Source: Ancylonema sp.
Lineage: Eukaryota
Assembly (NCBI GenBank): GCA_050230475.1
Contig: JBFLGF010000036.1
Coordinates: 62,001 to 99,668 of the forward strand
DNA length: 37,668 nucleotides
Direction: 5' to 3'
A program made the position numbers and the translations under genes. Numbering within the stretch: the stretch's first letter is position 1; every line of letters begins with the position of its first letter. The notes beneath the pieces are model-generated. The model saw only the letters and a list, made by a program, of their open reading frames with translations, was not told where the DNA came from and did no database searches. Below, piece by piece: positions 1 through 13,250 of the stretch.

Positions 1-1471
1 GACCTTCGGTGGGGGGGAGGAAGGGGCGGTGGTGAGGGGATGCCGAACCCTGAACCCTGAACCCTGAACCCTGAACCCTGAACCCTGAACCCTGAACCCT
101 GAACCCTGAACCCTGAACCCGGAACCCTGAACCCTAAACCCTAAACCCTGAACCCTAAGACCCCCGGAGTCTCAAACCCTCCGCTGTCCTCCACTTGTGT
201 AGTTGGTATGGGAAGAGCTTCCGCTCCGCCACCTGGCGTCCCACAACGCTCCTGCCCGGAACAGCAGTGCCTTCAACGTAGAGTACGAGGAGGACAACGC
301 AGTCCCCGCCTACGACCGCCTCGTGGACGGGGCGCTGGGAGAGGCAGTAGACACCTCCATCCTCCCCAAGGAAGCCCCTAGGTGCTGGAACTGCGGCTCC
401 TACACGCACGCCCTCAGGGACTGCCCCAGGCCCAGGGACCAGCTGGCAATCAACGCTGCCAAGGAAGGGCAGCAGGGGCGGGGAGGGGCTGGGCCAATGC
501 CCCGCTACCACGGTGGGATGGGGAGGGATGCGGCTAAAAACTTTCAGGATCTGAAACCGGGATCCCTCTCAGCGGCAGCCAGGGAGGCGCTGGGGATTGG
601 GGTGAGGGAGGGGAACTCACTGGAGCTGGCCAGCTTAGGTTCAGAGGGACCTAAGCTGACCTTGCTTGGATGTCTCCTTTCCTTGATCGCAGGAGACTGC
701 CCCCCCTCCGTGGCTGCACCGCATGAGACAGTTCGGTTACCCGCCTGGGTATCTAGGTACACCCACCGCTGTCAGCCCAGGGCAACTGAATGTGGAAGAA
801 ATTCTAAAGTTGGATTCTGGCATCTATAAGAAGAAGTGTGTCTGTGGGGTGTGTCAGGGTTCGTGGCGAGCGAATCGGATCTCAGTCTCGCCATAATCGA
901 CGGCTCTGAATCCCCCCCCCCCCTTGCCACAGCGGCGGAAGATGTGGAAGAGGGGGAAATGAGCCCTGAAGCAGGAGATGATACCCCCTCCCCACTTCTC
1001 CCAAACCCAGAAACACCTCTTCAGCCTCTCGTGCTGTTTCCAGGGGTGAATGCCCCCCCCCCTCCTGACGCCAATCTGAGCGAATGGGGGACTCAACCTC
1101 CCCCCCCCTCACAAAGAGATGAGTGGGGCCACTCCCACAATCCCTCCCTGGAAGACACAAGGGAAGAAAGGGGGGCAGGTTATGGGGAGTATCGGCAACC
1201 CCAACATCACATGCATCACCCGCCAAGGTATCCCTATGGCGCTGCTAGCGGGCACGGGTACGGTTACTATGATTCCTCGCAACCGTACGTACAGGGGCGC
1301 CCCTGGCTGGATGTGCCAACTGCAGCTGCCAACGCGGCTTGGAGCCTCGCAGCGGAGGCCTGTCTTTTGGTGGTGCCTAGAGAAGTGGATTGCGGGAATG
1401 CGGCATCAGCGCATCCGTATATGGAAAGTGGAGGGAAAGAAGAGCTTCCCGATATGGACATGTCAGATTGA
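1..1471 (+). CDS. ZCCHC8: ZCCHC8-like zinc-knuckle/PSP-domain protein (NEXT complex scaffold), copy A; 5' end lies outside the window
   Basis: Exons 1-31, 203-601, 693-756, 858-1471 with GT-AG introns. Motifs VPAYDR, knuckle CWNCGSYTHALRDC, and PSP domain DLKPGSLSAAAREALGIG|ETAPPPWLHRMRQFGYPPGYL. Confidence 0.85.
45..156 (+). repeat. Telomere-like heptamer array, 16 units of GAACCCT/AAACCCT, inside intron 32-202
   Basis: Read directly. Reverse complement is TTCAGGG/TTTAGGG. Confidence 0.9.
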
Positions 1472-2704
1472 TGTTGATGTGGGTCCCACTGCTGCAAAAT
1501 AAATTTGTTTTTAATCTTTTGTGCGGGTGTGATGAATCTCAACAACGCAAGATGCTCTTCCGCTCAAGAAATGTTCGGATGTAGGGCAGCTTGGCAATCA
1601 TCATGTTCTTTGTTCCCAGTGTACGTTGGTATGCTTTTTTAAACCGTCTCTAGCAATCACTTTGGAGAGTGGTAACGTGCAAGTCAAGTGTGCATGTAGC
1701 CTCCATGTGCCTAATATGGCACGTGCCTAACACAGCGCAAGCTTAATATATTGATAGCAAGAGCTTACAGAAGGTTCACACGAGTATACAGTTTGCAAAA
1801 CAATTGGAAAGTTTTCACGGGTTGAAGTAACTGCGTTTTAGTTCATGTGTCCAATCAGCCACTGTCAAGCGTGTCAACATTCGTGTGGAGCATGTTGTGC
1901 ATCTATGAACGTAGCATACTTGAAATAAATTGGCATCAATTTTTATTACGTTTTTTGTCTACTTTTTAGTTGCAAGTCGCGCAATCGCAATCCGAACATC
2001 CCAACTCTCCAACCACAATGTGTGCTACATGTGTCTTGTTTTCGCATAAATCATTTCATCAATATATCACAGCCTTCGCTTCACTCTAGTTACATGAGAA
2101 ATAAGTTCTCTCTAAGCCAGGAAAAGCTTGTGGGCATCACAAACAACTTTGTGAGACAGAAGGACGTTTCATATCAGATTGACATGCTGCCTGTCTTGTA
2201 TAATGAATATGTGACCTTGTAGCATTCCTTAGTACTCGTCTCACTTGCTCATAAAAGCATACTCACACATCAAGCGAGTATTGGAGCGACTAAGTGGGGA
2301 CCAATCATACAGAGGGAAGAAATTATAGATTGCCCCTATCTGGTCATCACACTCGTAACAAAACTAATTGGCGAGGTGACGTGGTCTCAGGTGTGTGAGA
2401 CGCACAATAAACAATCGAATCCGGAAATATCCTAGTAGGCTCATATGCTTTTCCCTATCATCTCTTCTTCCTAAAAAATAATCAATTAATTTGCTAGCAA
2501 CATGATACGTGATTCAGATACTTGTACGAAATATGTGCCCAAACCTTTCCCGAACCTCTATGATAGGCTGATGCTAGGCTGTGGTTGACTATTCGAAAAG
2601 CCCATGCTACTTCTCCCTTTGACATTCTTCTCTTCTGTTGACATTTTTTTCCATCTCAACCCTGTGTTTTGTCTTTGCCGCAGGCCTCCGACTTGTTGCC
2701 CTTT

Positions 2705-3034
2705 TTACGACTCGAGGAACATCATCCGCCCACCCATTTCTTGCAACGGTCGCTGCACCATCCCCGCAGACAGCCCAAGGGGGGGGAATCAGGCAGGCAG
2801 GCCACATGAGAACCACGATGCCCCTGTGCCCGAAAAGGCCCCTTACCGCGTTGCTCGCCAGCGAGTTCCTATCTCCCACATAGCGGAGGAAGGACAGCAC
2901 CTGCTGAGCTGGCACTCCCACAGGCTCAGCTGCAACAAGGCAATGAGGAGAGGGTGAGCGATTTCAACCTCGGAGCCTAAGGAGGGCAGCGCTCACTCAG
3001 AAGGTACCAGTCGACCCCTTCAGAGCAAGGGGGG
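2705..3034 (-). pseudogene. 5'-truncated fragment of the CAH3-like carbonic anhydrase (last ~2.5 exons)
   Basis: Encodes PCSEGVDWYLL|TEPVGVPAQQVLSFLRYVGDRNSLASNA|RPLQEMGGRMMFLES*. Homology stops at 3034, so there are no Zn ligands and no start. Confidence 0.85.
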
Positions 3035-3946
3035 AGTTCAATTTTAGACCATCTACCTGCCGCGGGGCTACTTCCCCTGCTTCTACTTCACACGTGTGCC
3101 TCTCACACAGGCACGTCTCAGCTAGCCCTCCTCCACCTCACGGTGGGCCGCGTTTAGATTCGGTGGCTCAGCTTTTCAAAATGGTCCCTCCGTACACAGC
3201 AAGTGCTCCCAATGCCTGACACTTGCAGTCACACGCGCGTCTACAGGCAGAGTCCAGGGTAATTCAGTGTATGGCCAGATATTTCCAAATTTTTACATGG
3301 GATTTGTTACCAAATTTTGATGATGAAGCGTCCGGTCCACACCGCTAAGCGACTAGAATTCGCCGCAGTAAACGGCTGCGGGAGTACATAGTTGGAAAGA
3401 CTACCTGCTCCTGCTGCTGCTGGCCAATACTTCCTCGAGACTGCAGGTATAGCTTCGTTTCGTACAATCTGCACAATCCGTACGATCGATCAGTTTCCGG
3501 TTCTCCACTCTATTCATCGCCTCCAAATTATCTCCTCGGCCACCTACCGGGGATCACCTCTAATAGCAGAGGGTTTTCACTGTTTCAGGATCAGAAGTAG
3601 CACATTCTAATGCCAATTCAGCTGATTTACAAGACGAGCCCTCTGGACTCGACTGTAATTTACCAAATGCAAGCCGACTCTGGGAGCGGTGCAATATCGC
3701 TTTTCTCGGAATCTTCCTTCTCACAGACGGCAGCAAAAAATTATCGCTGTAGAACGAGGATACTGTAACTAGGTGCACAACGCGCTGGAAAAAAATGATT
3801 CTCGCTACCATGTTCTCACACAAGCAGCAGCACCAGGACGTTTCCCTCCTACTTTGCGAATATTCCCGAGCACGAGTTTTGTGGTACAGGAGTTGATACC
3901 GTGACATGCTCCCATAGTGCATCGCCTCGCAGGTGGCAGGTGGCTG

Positions 3947-5845
3947 ATGGGTGATGACGTGTCTGAAGTGGAAGCGAGAAATGGGCGAAAGCGAAGACAA
4001 GTTGCGGAGATGGGTGACCACCCGTGCGTGGAGGTTCACTACAGAAATCTCACCAAGTGAGGGCCTGGGGATGTGGCAATGGGGGTGGATAAGGCTTGCA
4101 CCTGTATTTAGTACGGTGTGATAGGGTACTGATCGTTCTATCGAGTAGTCAATCGGCAGAACACACACCGGGCCCTCACTGGCTGGCTATGCCTCTTGCT
4201 GGGTCCTGCCCTTATCGAAGCATCTGCACTGCGCATTCAGAGAAAGTCGGCGACGGCTCCACGCCATGATCGAGGATTGGTCCACGTGGCAGGCCGCACA
4301 TGCGAAGGTACCACTCATTTCTGGCACCACAAGTGGTTCCGGGGTCCTGCGCCTTAGGTAGTCAGATTCAGCTGCTGAGCTGGCGCCAGGTGGGGTTGGA
4401 GGTGGCAGCAGGGAAAGAGTGTGGAGAGCGGGCGACGCACATACTGGCCGACCTTCGGTGGGAGGGAGGAAGGGGCGGTGGTGAGGGGATTCAGAATCCT
4501 GAACCCTGAACCCTGAACCCTGGGGCCCTTGGAATCTCAAACCCTCCGCTGTCCTCCGCTTGTGAAGTTGGTATGGGAGGAGCTTCCGCTTCGCCATCTG
4601 GCGTCCCACGACGCTCCTGCCCAGAACAGCAGTGCCTTCAACGCGGAGTACGAGGAGGACAACGCAGTCCCCGCCTACGACCGCTTCATGGACGGGGCTC
4701 TAGGAGAGGCAGTGGACACATCCATTCTCCCCAAGGAAGCCTCTAGGTGCTGGAACTGCGGCTCTTACACCCACGCCCTCAGGGACTGCCCCAGGCCCAG
4801 GGACCAGCTGGCAATCAACGCTGCCAGGGAAGAGCAGCAGGCCCGGGGAGGGGCTGGGCCACTGCCCCGCTACCACGGTGGGATGGGGAGGGATGCGGCC
4901 AAAAACTTTGAGGACCTGAAACCGGGATCACTTTCAGCGGCAGCCAGGGAGGCGCTGGGGATTGGAGTGAGGACACTCACACAAGCTGGCCAGCTTAGGT
5001 TCAGAGGGTAGGGGGGGCGCTGACCTTGCGTGGATGTCTCCTTTCCTTGGTCGCAGGAGACGGCCCCCCCTCCGTGGCTGCAGCGGATGAGAGAGTTTGG
5101 TTACCCACCCGGGTATCTAGGTACACCCGCCGCTGTCAGCCCAGTGGGCAACTGAACATGAAAGAAATCAGAAGTCGGATTCTGGCATCTATAAGAAGAA
5201 GAGCGTATGTGGGTTGTGTCAGGGTACGTGGCGAGCGAATCGGATCTCAGTCTCGCCATCATCGACGGCTCCGAATCCCCCCTTGCTACAGCGGCAGATG
5301 ATGTGGAAGAGGGGGAAATGAGCCCTGAAGCAGAAGATACCCCCCCCCCACTTCTTCCCACCCCAGATAAACCTCCCCAGCCGCTGGTGCTGTTCCCAGG
5401 GGTGAATGCCCCCCCCCCTGCTGACGCCAATCTGAGCGAATGGGGGACTCAACCCCCCCCCCCCTCACGAAGAGAGGAGTGGGGCCATCCAAGTCCCCCC
5501 TCCCTGGAAGACGCAAGGGAAGGTTATGGGGAGTATCGGCAGCCCCAACAGCACATGTACCCGCCAAGGTATCCCTATGGCGGTGGGGGTGGTACCGAGT
5601 ATACTGCTAGTGGGCACGGGTACGGGTACTATGAGTCCTCGCAACCGTATGTACAGGGGCGCCCCAGGCTGGATGTGCCAACTACAGCTGCCAACGCAGC
5701 TTGGAGCCTTGCAGCGGAGGCCAGTCCTTTGGTGTTGTCTAGAGAAGTGGCCGGTTGGAATGCGGCATCGGCGCATTCACATAATGAAAGGAAGGAGGAA
5801 GGTGTTGGAAAAGAAGAGCTTCCCGATATGGATATGTCAGATTGA
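3947..5845 (+). CDS. ZCCHC8: ZCCHC8-like protein, copy B; start codon uncertain
   Basis: Approximate exons 3947-4056 (HPCVEVHYRNLTK), 4241-4307 (ESRRRLHAMIEDWSTW), ~4360-4480 (ESGRRTYWP), 4568-4966, 5057-5120, 5223-5845. Same knuckle and PSP motifs as copy A. Confidence 0.85.
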
Positions 5846-7111
5846 TGTTGATGTGGGTCCACTGCTACAAAATAAATTTGTTTTTTGTCTTTTGTGCTGG
5901 TGTGCTGAATCTCAACCACACAAGATGTTCTTCAACTTAAGAAATGTTCAAATGCAATGTAGGGCGGCTAGGCAATCATCATGTTCTTTGTTCCCCGTGT
6001 ACGTTGGTGTTGCACCACTCACCATGGGCTGTTTCTTTTAATTCCTCTCTAGCAATCACAGTGGAGAGTGGTGACGTGCAAGTGTGCTTGTAGCCTCCAC
6101 GTGCCTAACATGGCGCATGCCTAATAATTTGATAGCAAGAGCTTACAAAATATTCACACAAGTACATAGTTTTCAAAACAATTGGAAGGTTTACACGGAT
6201 TGAAATAATAGTGTTTGAGACCATTTGTCCAATCAGCCAATGACAAGCGTGTCAACTCTCCTTAGGAGCGTGTTGTGCAACTATGAATGTAGCATACTTG
6301 ATATGAATTGGTATCATTTTTTGGTTTTATTTTTTGTTTATTATTTGGTTGCAAGTCGCGTGGTTGCAAACCGAACACACCAACTCTCCAACCACACTGT
6401 GTGCTACATTTCATATGTTTTTGCATCAAAAAAATTTATCAATTCAGCACAACCTTCACCTCATTTTATTCTCTAACATCAGTCGAACAGTCAGAGAAAT
6501 AAGTGATCTCTAAGCCAGGACAAGCTCCGCTTATGAGAATCACAAACAAATCAGTGAGACAAAAGGACCATTCATAGTAGATTGACATGCCGCCTGTCTT
6601 ACATAATGATATATAAGTATTTGATATGTCAAGTCGTAACATTCCTCACTACCAGTCTCACTTGCTCTTAAAAGCATACTCACACATCAAGCGAGCATTG
6701 GAGCAACAAAGTGGGGACCAATCATATAGAGGGAAGAAAATATTGATTGCTCCTATCTGGTCATCACACTCATAACAAAACTGATAGGCGAGGTAACGTG
6801 GTCGAAGGTGTGTGAGATGCACCCAAATGTACAATAAACAATCGAATCCGGAAATATCCTAGTTGACTCATATGATCTCTTCTTTCCTAAAAAATAATCA
6901 ATTAATTTGCTAGCCACATGATGCGTGATTCAAATACTTGTAAGAAATATGTGCCCAAACCTTTCCCAAACCTCGATGGCCTGCTAGGCTGTGGTTAAAT
7001 ATTGGAAAAGTCCATGCTACTCCCTTTGAGATTATTGTCTTCTGTTGACATTTTCTTCCATCTCAATCCCGTGTTTGCTCTCTTCAGCATGCCTCCGACT
7101 CATTGCCCTTT

Positions 7112-9105
7112 TTACGACTCGAGGAACATCATCCGCCCACCCATTTCTTGCAACGGCCGCTGAACCATCCCCGCAGACAGCCCAAGGGGTGGGGAATCAG
7201 GCAGGCAGCCCATATGAGAACCATGATGCCCAACCCCTGTGCCCAAAAAGGCTCCTTACCGCGTTGCTTGCCAGCGAGTTCCTATCTCCCACATAGCGGA
7301 GGAAGGACAGCACCTGCTGAGCTGGCACTCCCACAGGCTCAGCTGCAACAAGGCGATGAGGAGAGGGTGAGCGATGCGTTGGTGTGCTCGATTTCAACCT
7401 CAGAGCCAAAGGAGAGCAGCGCTCACTCAGGAGGTACCAGTCGACCCCTTCAGAGCAAGGGGGGGTGGTGTGGGAGCCGCTGTAGTGGACGTAAGATAAG
7501 GGCTGCACACACAAGGAGCAGAAGAACCAGATTCATTCTGCCATTCTGCCATTCTGCCATTCTGCCATTCTGCCTATACTGACCTGTCCCTTGGCAGCTG
7601 GTAGGAGACCCATAGGGTCCACTTGCACAGGGGGGCAGGGTTTGGGCTTAGTGGGGTCTGGGTCCGCGTCCAAACACCTCAGGGCACCCGTCCTGAAAGT
7701 CGATTCAGAGTGAGTCATCCCCCATGGGAGTCGTTTCTGATGCTCACTCACTTTCTTTGGTATCGCTGGCGGGGGGCAAAGTCTAGGGCTGCCTGGAGGC
7801 AAGGGTTGTTGGGCTCCGCAGAGCGACCGGAGAGCATAACCCCAACCACTGCCAGCCGTCCATCGATATCACCTGAACCCCATCCCCGAGTCCCAAACCG
7901 GAGGCAGTCGCAGGCTCAACCGCTGCTACCCGCCAAACTTCTCAACTTGCGAAACTGCGAAACTGCGAAACTGCGAAACTGCGAAACTGCGAAACTGCGA
8001 AACTGCGAAACTGCGAAAGCGATCATCCTGTCTTTGTTACGTGGGTACCGTACGGTACGGTATCGTACCGTACGGTACGGTACGCTTACGGTGAACGAGA
8101 TGGGCCTCCATGGCTGCATGGACGCCCTCGAAGGCATGCTCAGAGGGAGAGTGAAAGTGATACTGAAGCAGGTCCAGCTTTCGCCCGCCTATGTCCATAC
8201 TGCACATGTTGGGGGGAAAGTCCACCTGCAAGCACTACGTGTGAGAAGAGGCAATAGAGTGGTAAAGAGGCAGAGGTCTTGCCTGCATTGTGCCGTGCCC
8301 CGTGTTGAGGAAGCTGGGCGCACAAGGACCGTACTTGAATTGAAGGGCGGCATCCGATTTGGCATTCCGGGTGGCATCCTCCAATGAAACATCCACTGGG
8401 GACTGACGCAGGCCTGCAGACGTCAGCGGGGCAGTTCGACCAATCCAAATCAAAGAGCTGACCTCGATCATAGAGTTGATCAGCACTTGCGAACTATCCA
8501 TTTTATGTGTGGAGAAAGGCGTGAACAGGGCAGGATTGTGGAGAGATTGTTTGAGCTCAGCTCCTGATCTGGTGCACATAGCGAGAGCGTATTTCAGGAC
8601 TCGTGGTGTGAGATGACGTGAGATAGATGCAAGAAACGACACAGCTACGGTGTTTGGCTGCAATGTAGCTACAACAATGACGGTGGCAATGTAGCTCACC
8701 TGCCGCGCAGAGGCCTCCCCACCCTGCTGGTCCTGAGAGTGCCCCGTAGCCCCAGACATCGGCCTTCGCCTCGTCAACTCCGCATAGGGGGCAGGCAACG
8801 GCGGCCAGTCCCGCAGCTCCTCCCCATTTCAACAGCTGGCGCTTGCTTACACCTTTTCCCTTTGGCTTCTCGGCATTTTGTCGACCTTTCTGAGGAGGAG
8901 CTTGCCCCGTGCGGCTGCTGCTCGCATCAGATGCCTCTGAAGACGATAAAGTGATCAAGGCCGGGCTCAGCGTGCGACGGTGGCTCAGCTCGGGGTTGAC
9001 GACCTCTCGTGCTCGAATAGAGTTCCGATGGCGTTCAAGGGGGTTGGTGCAAGAGGGGAGAGTGGCCGTCGAGGGGACCTGAGTAAGAAGAGCAGCCATT
9101 GCCAT
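7112..9105 (-). CDS. CAH3: Alpha-carbonic anhydrase, CAH3-like, predicted thylakoid lumen
   Basis: About 8 exons. Bipartite transit peptide with SKRQLLK and AKA cleavage site; WGYG, CAAG|LRQSPV, NTGHGTMQ, QYHFHSPSEH, MEAHLVH (Zn ligands), GSHTTPPCSEGVDW, RPLQ. Closely follows Chlamydomonas CAH3 as recalled. Confidence 0.88.
7533..7573 (+). repeat. (CATTCTGC)n microsatellite in a CAH3 intron
   Basis: About 5 tandem octamers. Confidence 0.9.
7948..8083 (+). repeat. (GAAACTGC)n array plus palindromic GTAC-rich tract in a CAH3 intron
   Basis: About 8 octamers at 7948-8017; gtaccgtacggtacggtatcgtaccgtacggtacggtac at 8045-8083. Confidence 0.9.
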
Positions 9106-9890
9106 GAGCGGTTGCACAAATAGAGGCAATGAGACTGAAGACAAGCAAGTGGCACGGGCTTTCTGTCACTTCTACATTTTTGTTTTGCTTTTGCACGTTC
9201 TGCATCACTTTTTGAACGTGGACGGATTTAGAGACCAGTGGCAGCCAGTGATTAATGTGCGGTGGTTCAAAACTTCTGGCGCAGACGCGCGGTCTTCGGA
9301 TAACGTCCGCTAGATTCATGCCACGTAGTGGTTGCAGGGCAACCGTCCATGAGCACTATTAGCGGGTACCCGGAACTGCATCCCGCAACTTGAGATACTC
9401 TTGCATGATACTCAATTCATGTTCGACAAGTTTTTAAAATCCATCCGTTGGAGGCCAAGGAGTCAGCGCAATTGAGAAGCGTCGGCGAAGCGTGAAGAGC
9501 ACCAGTCATGCAGTGCGAGCTGAATGTCATGGCCTTCTTCTTCTGTGTACCTTGTCCAACGTTCATAATTGATTCTTCACTGTCCACGCACACTGTAGCA
9601 CAATTCTGCGAAAAATCCGTCGTCACGAAAATTAATCCCTGGAAGCAATGGCAGCAAAAATGTGCGAACTGACAACATACGTTTCCAGCCGAGAAGGACC
9701 TTATGTTTTTCGTTGGTGAGAGTCGGTGGATTATTACTCTGAGTTTATGAAACATTTTACAGCATACTTTCGTATGCTGTAAATGCGAACGAGCAAGACG
9801 TTCTTCCATTTTGATATAAAGCCAGTGTCCGTAGTCGTAAACTCTGGGGTGCACACGTGCTGCGACAGTCAGTCACATCTTGTCGACGAA

Positions 9891-12014
9891 ATGAAACCCT
9901 TGACCTATTCTGATGCGTCCAAGGTGCCATCAGTGCAAGCTTCTAGCGTATACAAAGTTCTGGGCTGTACCCTAGGTCTTGTTTCCGTTTGTGTCTTGCT
10001 TCAGCAGGAAGCAGCCTTTGTCAGACTATTCAGCACTGGGTTCAAGAAGCAACCGATGGAGGGAGATGTCTCAGCTGGTACGTTCTCGCTGCCGATAAAT
10101 ATTTCTACCACTATTTCTGGTACCAATACTTATGTGCATGCCCTTAAAGCTAAAAGTGGTGGCTACTACCTCAGCATCCGTGGCTGCAACCTGAATATGA
10201 AATACTGTCAGAAGTTCAAAGTCAAACATATTCCCACAAACTGCAATTAAATCCTTTTAAGAGGCATACTGCGTGGGAGGTCAAAGAGACCCTCAGTGGA
10301 CTGATATCAGTCCACCCGTACCCTGAACTTACCGCTGGTTTCGTAAGATTTTGACGACGCTCCATTCAAAAACATGTGGGGGGAGCAGTCGCGGCGCGAA
10401 GAGCAACGCACGAGAACGGCAGCTCTGCTGGAGTCACTGGCGAGGGTGCTCAGCAAAGACCGGGTGGAGGAGGAGGTGGGGAATGGATTCATGACCCCTC
10501 TTGGCCCCTCTACTCTGGCAGCACCTGCAAGTGGATCGCCCCCCAATGGGCTTGCAAGACAACTTCGAGGCCCAGCTTTGCGTATGAGCAGTTCAGGTGG
10601 CAGCCCCAGGGGGAGGCTTGGCCAGTATTCAGTAGCCAAGATTTCCTCTACAGGTGAGTTCATGTGGTGTAATTTGTACGGCCAGGTAGGGATCGTGCGG
10701 GAAGAAGAGAAGAGTGTGACAGTAGCACTGCCGTTTCCTCCTGGCAGGATGAGGGACCAGACGGTTGCCTTCGTAGGGGACTCCCTCGGACAGCAGCAAT
10801 TCCAGTCCCTCCTTTGTCTCCTCGCTCCTCACGCTGATCCCAAAGCGCTGAAGGCTTCGGGCATGAAGGACGTCAGCAAGCACTACAATTTGCGGCCCCA
10901 TGGTGTGAATGGGGTTGGGAAGGGATGGGCCTACCGGTTCTCACGCACCAACACCACCGTTGTTTTCTCCTGGAGCACCTGCTTGTGCCATGTACAGCTG
11001 TTCAATACCTCTGATCAAGGTGGCGGGTCGGCCTTGCATCTGGACCGTCCAGATCCGTTCCTGGCGAGGCATTTCAGTGGCCTGAATGTTCTCATTCTCA
11101 ACACAGGACACCACTGGAGCAGGTAATGGAGTTACATAAATCCATCACATCACATTAGAAGTACTACATTTTCAAGTTCAGTTTTCCTTCTCTCCCTCCA
11201 GAACCAAACTGCGAAGCAGCAAAGGACAATACTTTCATCAGGGAACAGCTGTCGACCTTGGGCGCAAGAAGCCCCTCCAGGTGTCTGAGGCGCGCCAGAT
11301 GGCACTGCATTCCACCATCAACTGGATTGAAGGCCAGGTGGCAGCATGGAAGCGTACTCATGATGCCCCAACTGTTCCGGTGGCATCCAATATCACTTCG
11401 GCAGATGAGAACTTCACTCAGGCTGACACCGGAACGAGAGAGGACAAGGGCACAGGGAAGAGTAGGGGGCTGCAAGGGGAGGTAGGGAGAAGCAAGCCGG
11501 CTCCCCTGGTTTACCTGAGTGGTCTTTCTCCGCGCCACTTTATGGGAGGGGAGTGGACCATGGGAGGGGGCTGCCAAGACATGACTGTGAGTCTCTCTCT
11601 TCTTTCCAGCGAATTGCGTTGCTCATCCTTATTTATAAGAACGTCATGCATGCATCATGCTGTATGGGTGAGAACCATCGAGTGCAGAGCACACATTTTC
11701 AATTTTGTTTTTCGCTTATATGTGTGCAGGTCCCTCTGAAGTCCTCTGATGTTGAGGCCCGTCCCCGTGTGGACTATTTTGCCCAGGATGCGATTTCGAG
11801 TAGTGATGCTGTGAAGTTGCTAGACATCACTTTTCTCTCTCAATTCCGTGTGGATGGCCATCCCTCGCAATGGACAGCCGTTGGAAAAGAACTTCAAAAA
11901 CCGCAAGACTGCTTGCATTGGTGTTTGCCCGGCGTGCCAGATGTTTGGAATCAAATGCTGTACGCAAAAATAAGTGGTACGGGGTCGCAAGAGACTCCAC
12001 AAACTACAATCTGA
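9891..12014 (+). CDS. Trichome-birefringence-like (PMR5N + PC-esterase) polysaccharide O-acetyltransferase, resembling the TBL14-16 group
   Basis: N-terminal hydrophobic anchor, [68 protein letters not shown]. Exons ~9891-10077, ~10389-10653, 10748-11122, 11201-11586, 11730-12014. Confidence 0.88.
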
Positions 12015-12562
12015 AGTCGATAGAGGGGCATCAATGTGCCATTGGTGCCTCTTGTACATATGTAAAAATGTGTATAAGCGTGAATTGCGCAACCATACAA
12101 ATGAATCGTATGGGACCTTGAATGCAATTTGTACAAGAAATGGCAATGGCTTCCTTTATCGTTGTGACAAGCGAGGGCGGTACAATTAGTGAGGATCAAA
12201 TACCAAAAAAAATAAGGTTTCTTATTGTCCAAGCTAGCAATTTTTGTCATCACAACTGCATGCCACCCCCACCGTATTTCGATGAGTAGTCAAGTACACC
12301 ACGCGCCATTTGTCCATGCATAAACAATCAACATTAAAACGCGAACGAATGCAAATACATAACAAATGAGTAGGCGATTCTTTGTTCGACAATGTATCAT
12401 GGTTGCGCAAGAGGTTCTCCTCGCTCGTCCACCCACGTGCCTCGTTCCAAAGATGTTGATGTATGCTACTTTCCATCCAAACAAATAAAGAAGATGTGGA
12501 TTGTTGTATAATTACAGTATTTTAATATCACAGTCCATGCAGTCCGTACATTATGAAACTCG

Positions 12563-13250
<688 letters not shown>

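Larger units (their letters stand above)
1..7464. repeat. Tandem duplication: 1-3034 matches ~4450-7464; unit ~4.43 kb
   Basis: Colinear similarity through exons, introns and intergenic DNA. It ends at cagagcaagggggg (3034 / ~7464). Confidence 0.92.

Noticed and set aside
45..156. True telomere or CRISPR array
   Set aside because: Short, intronic, no spacers, flanked by exons.
7623..8387. 254-aa plus-strand ORF
   Set aside because: Antisense to CAH3 exons and runs through intronic microsatellites.
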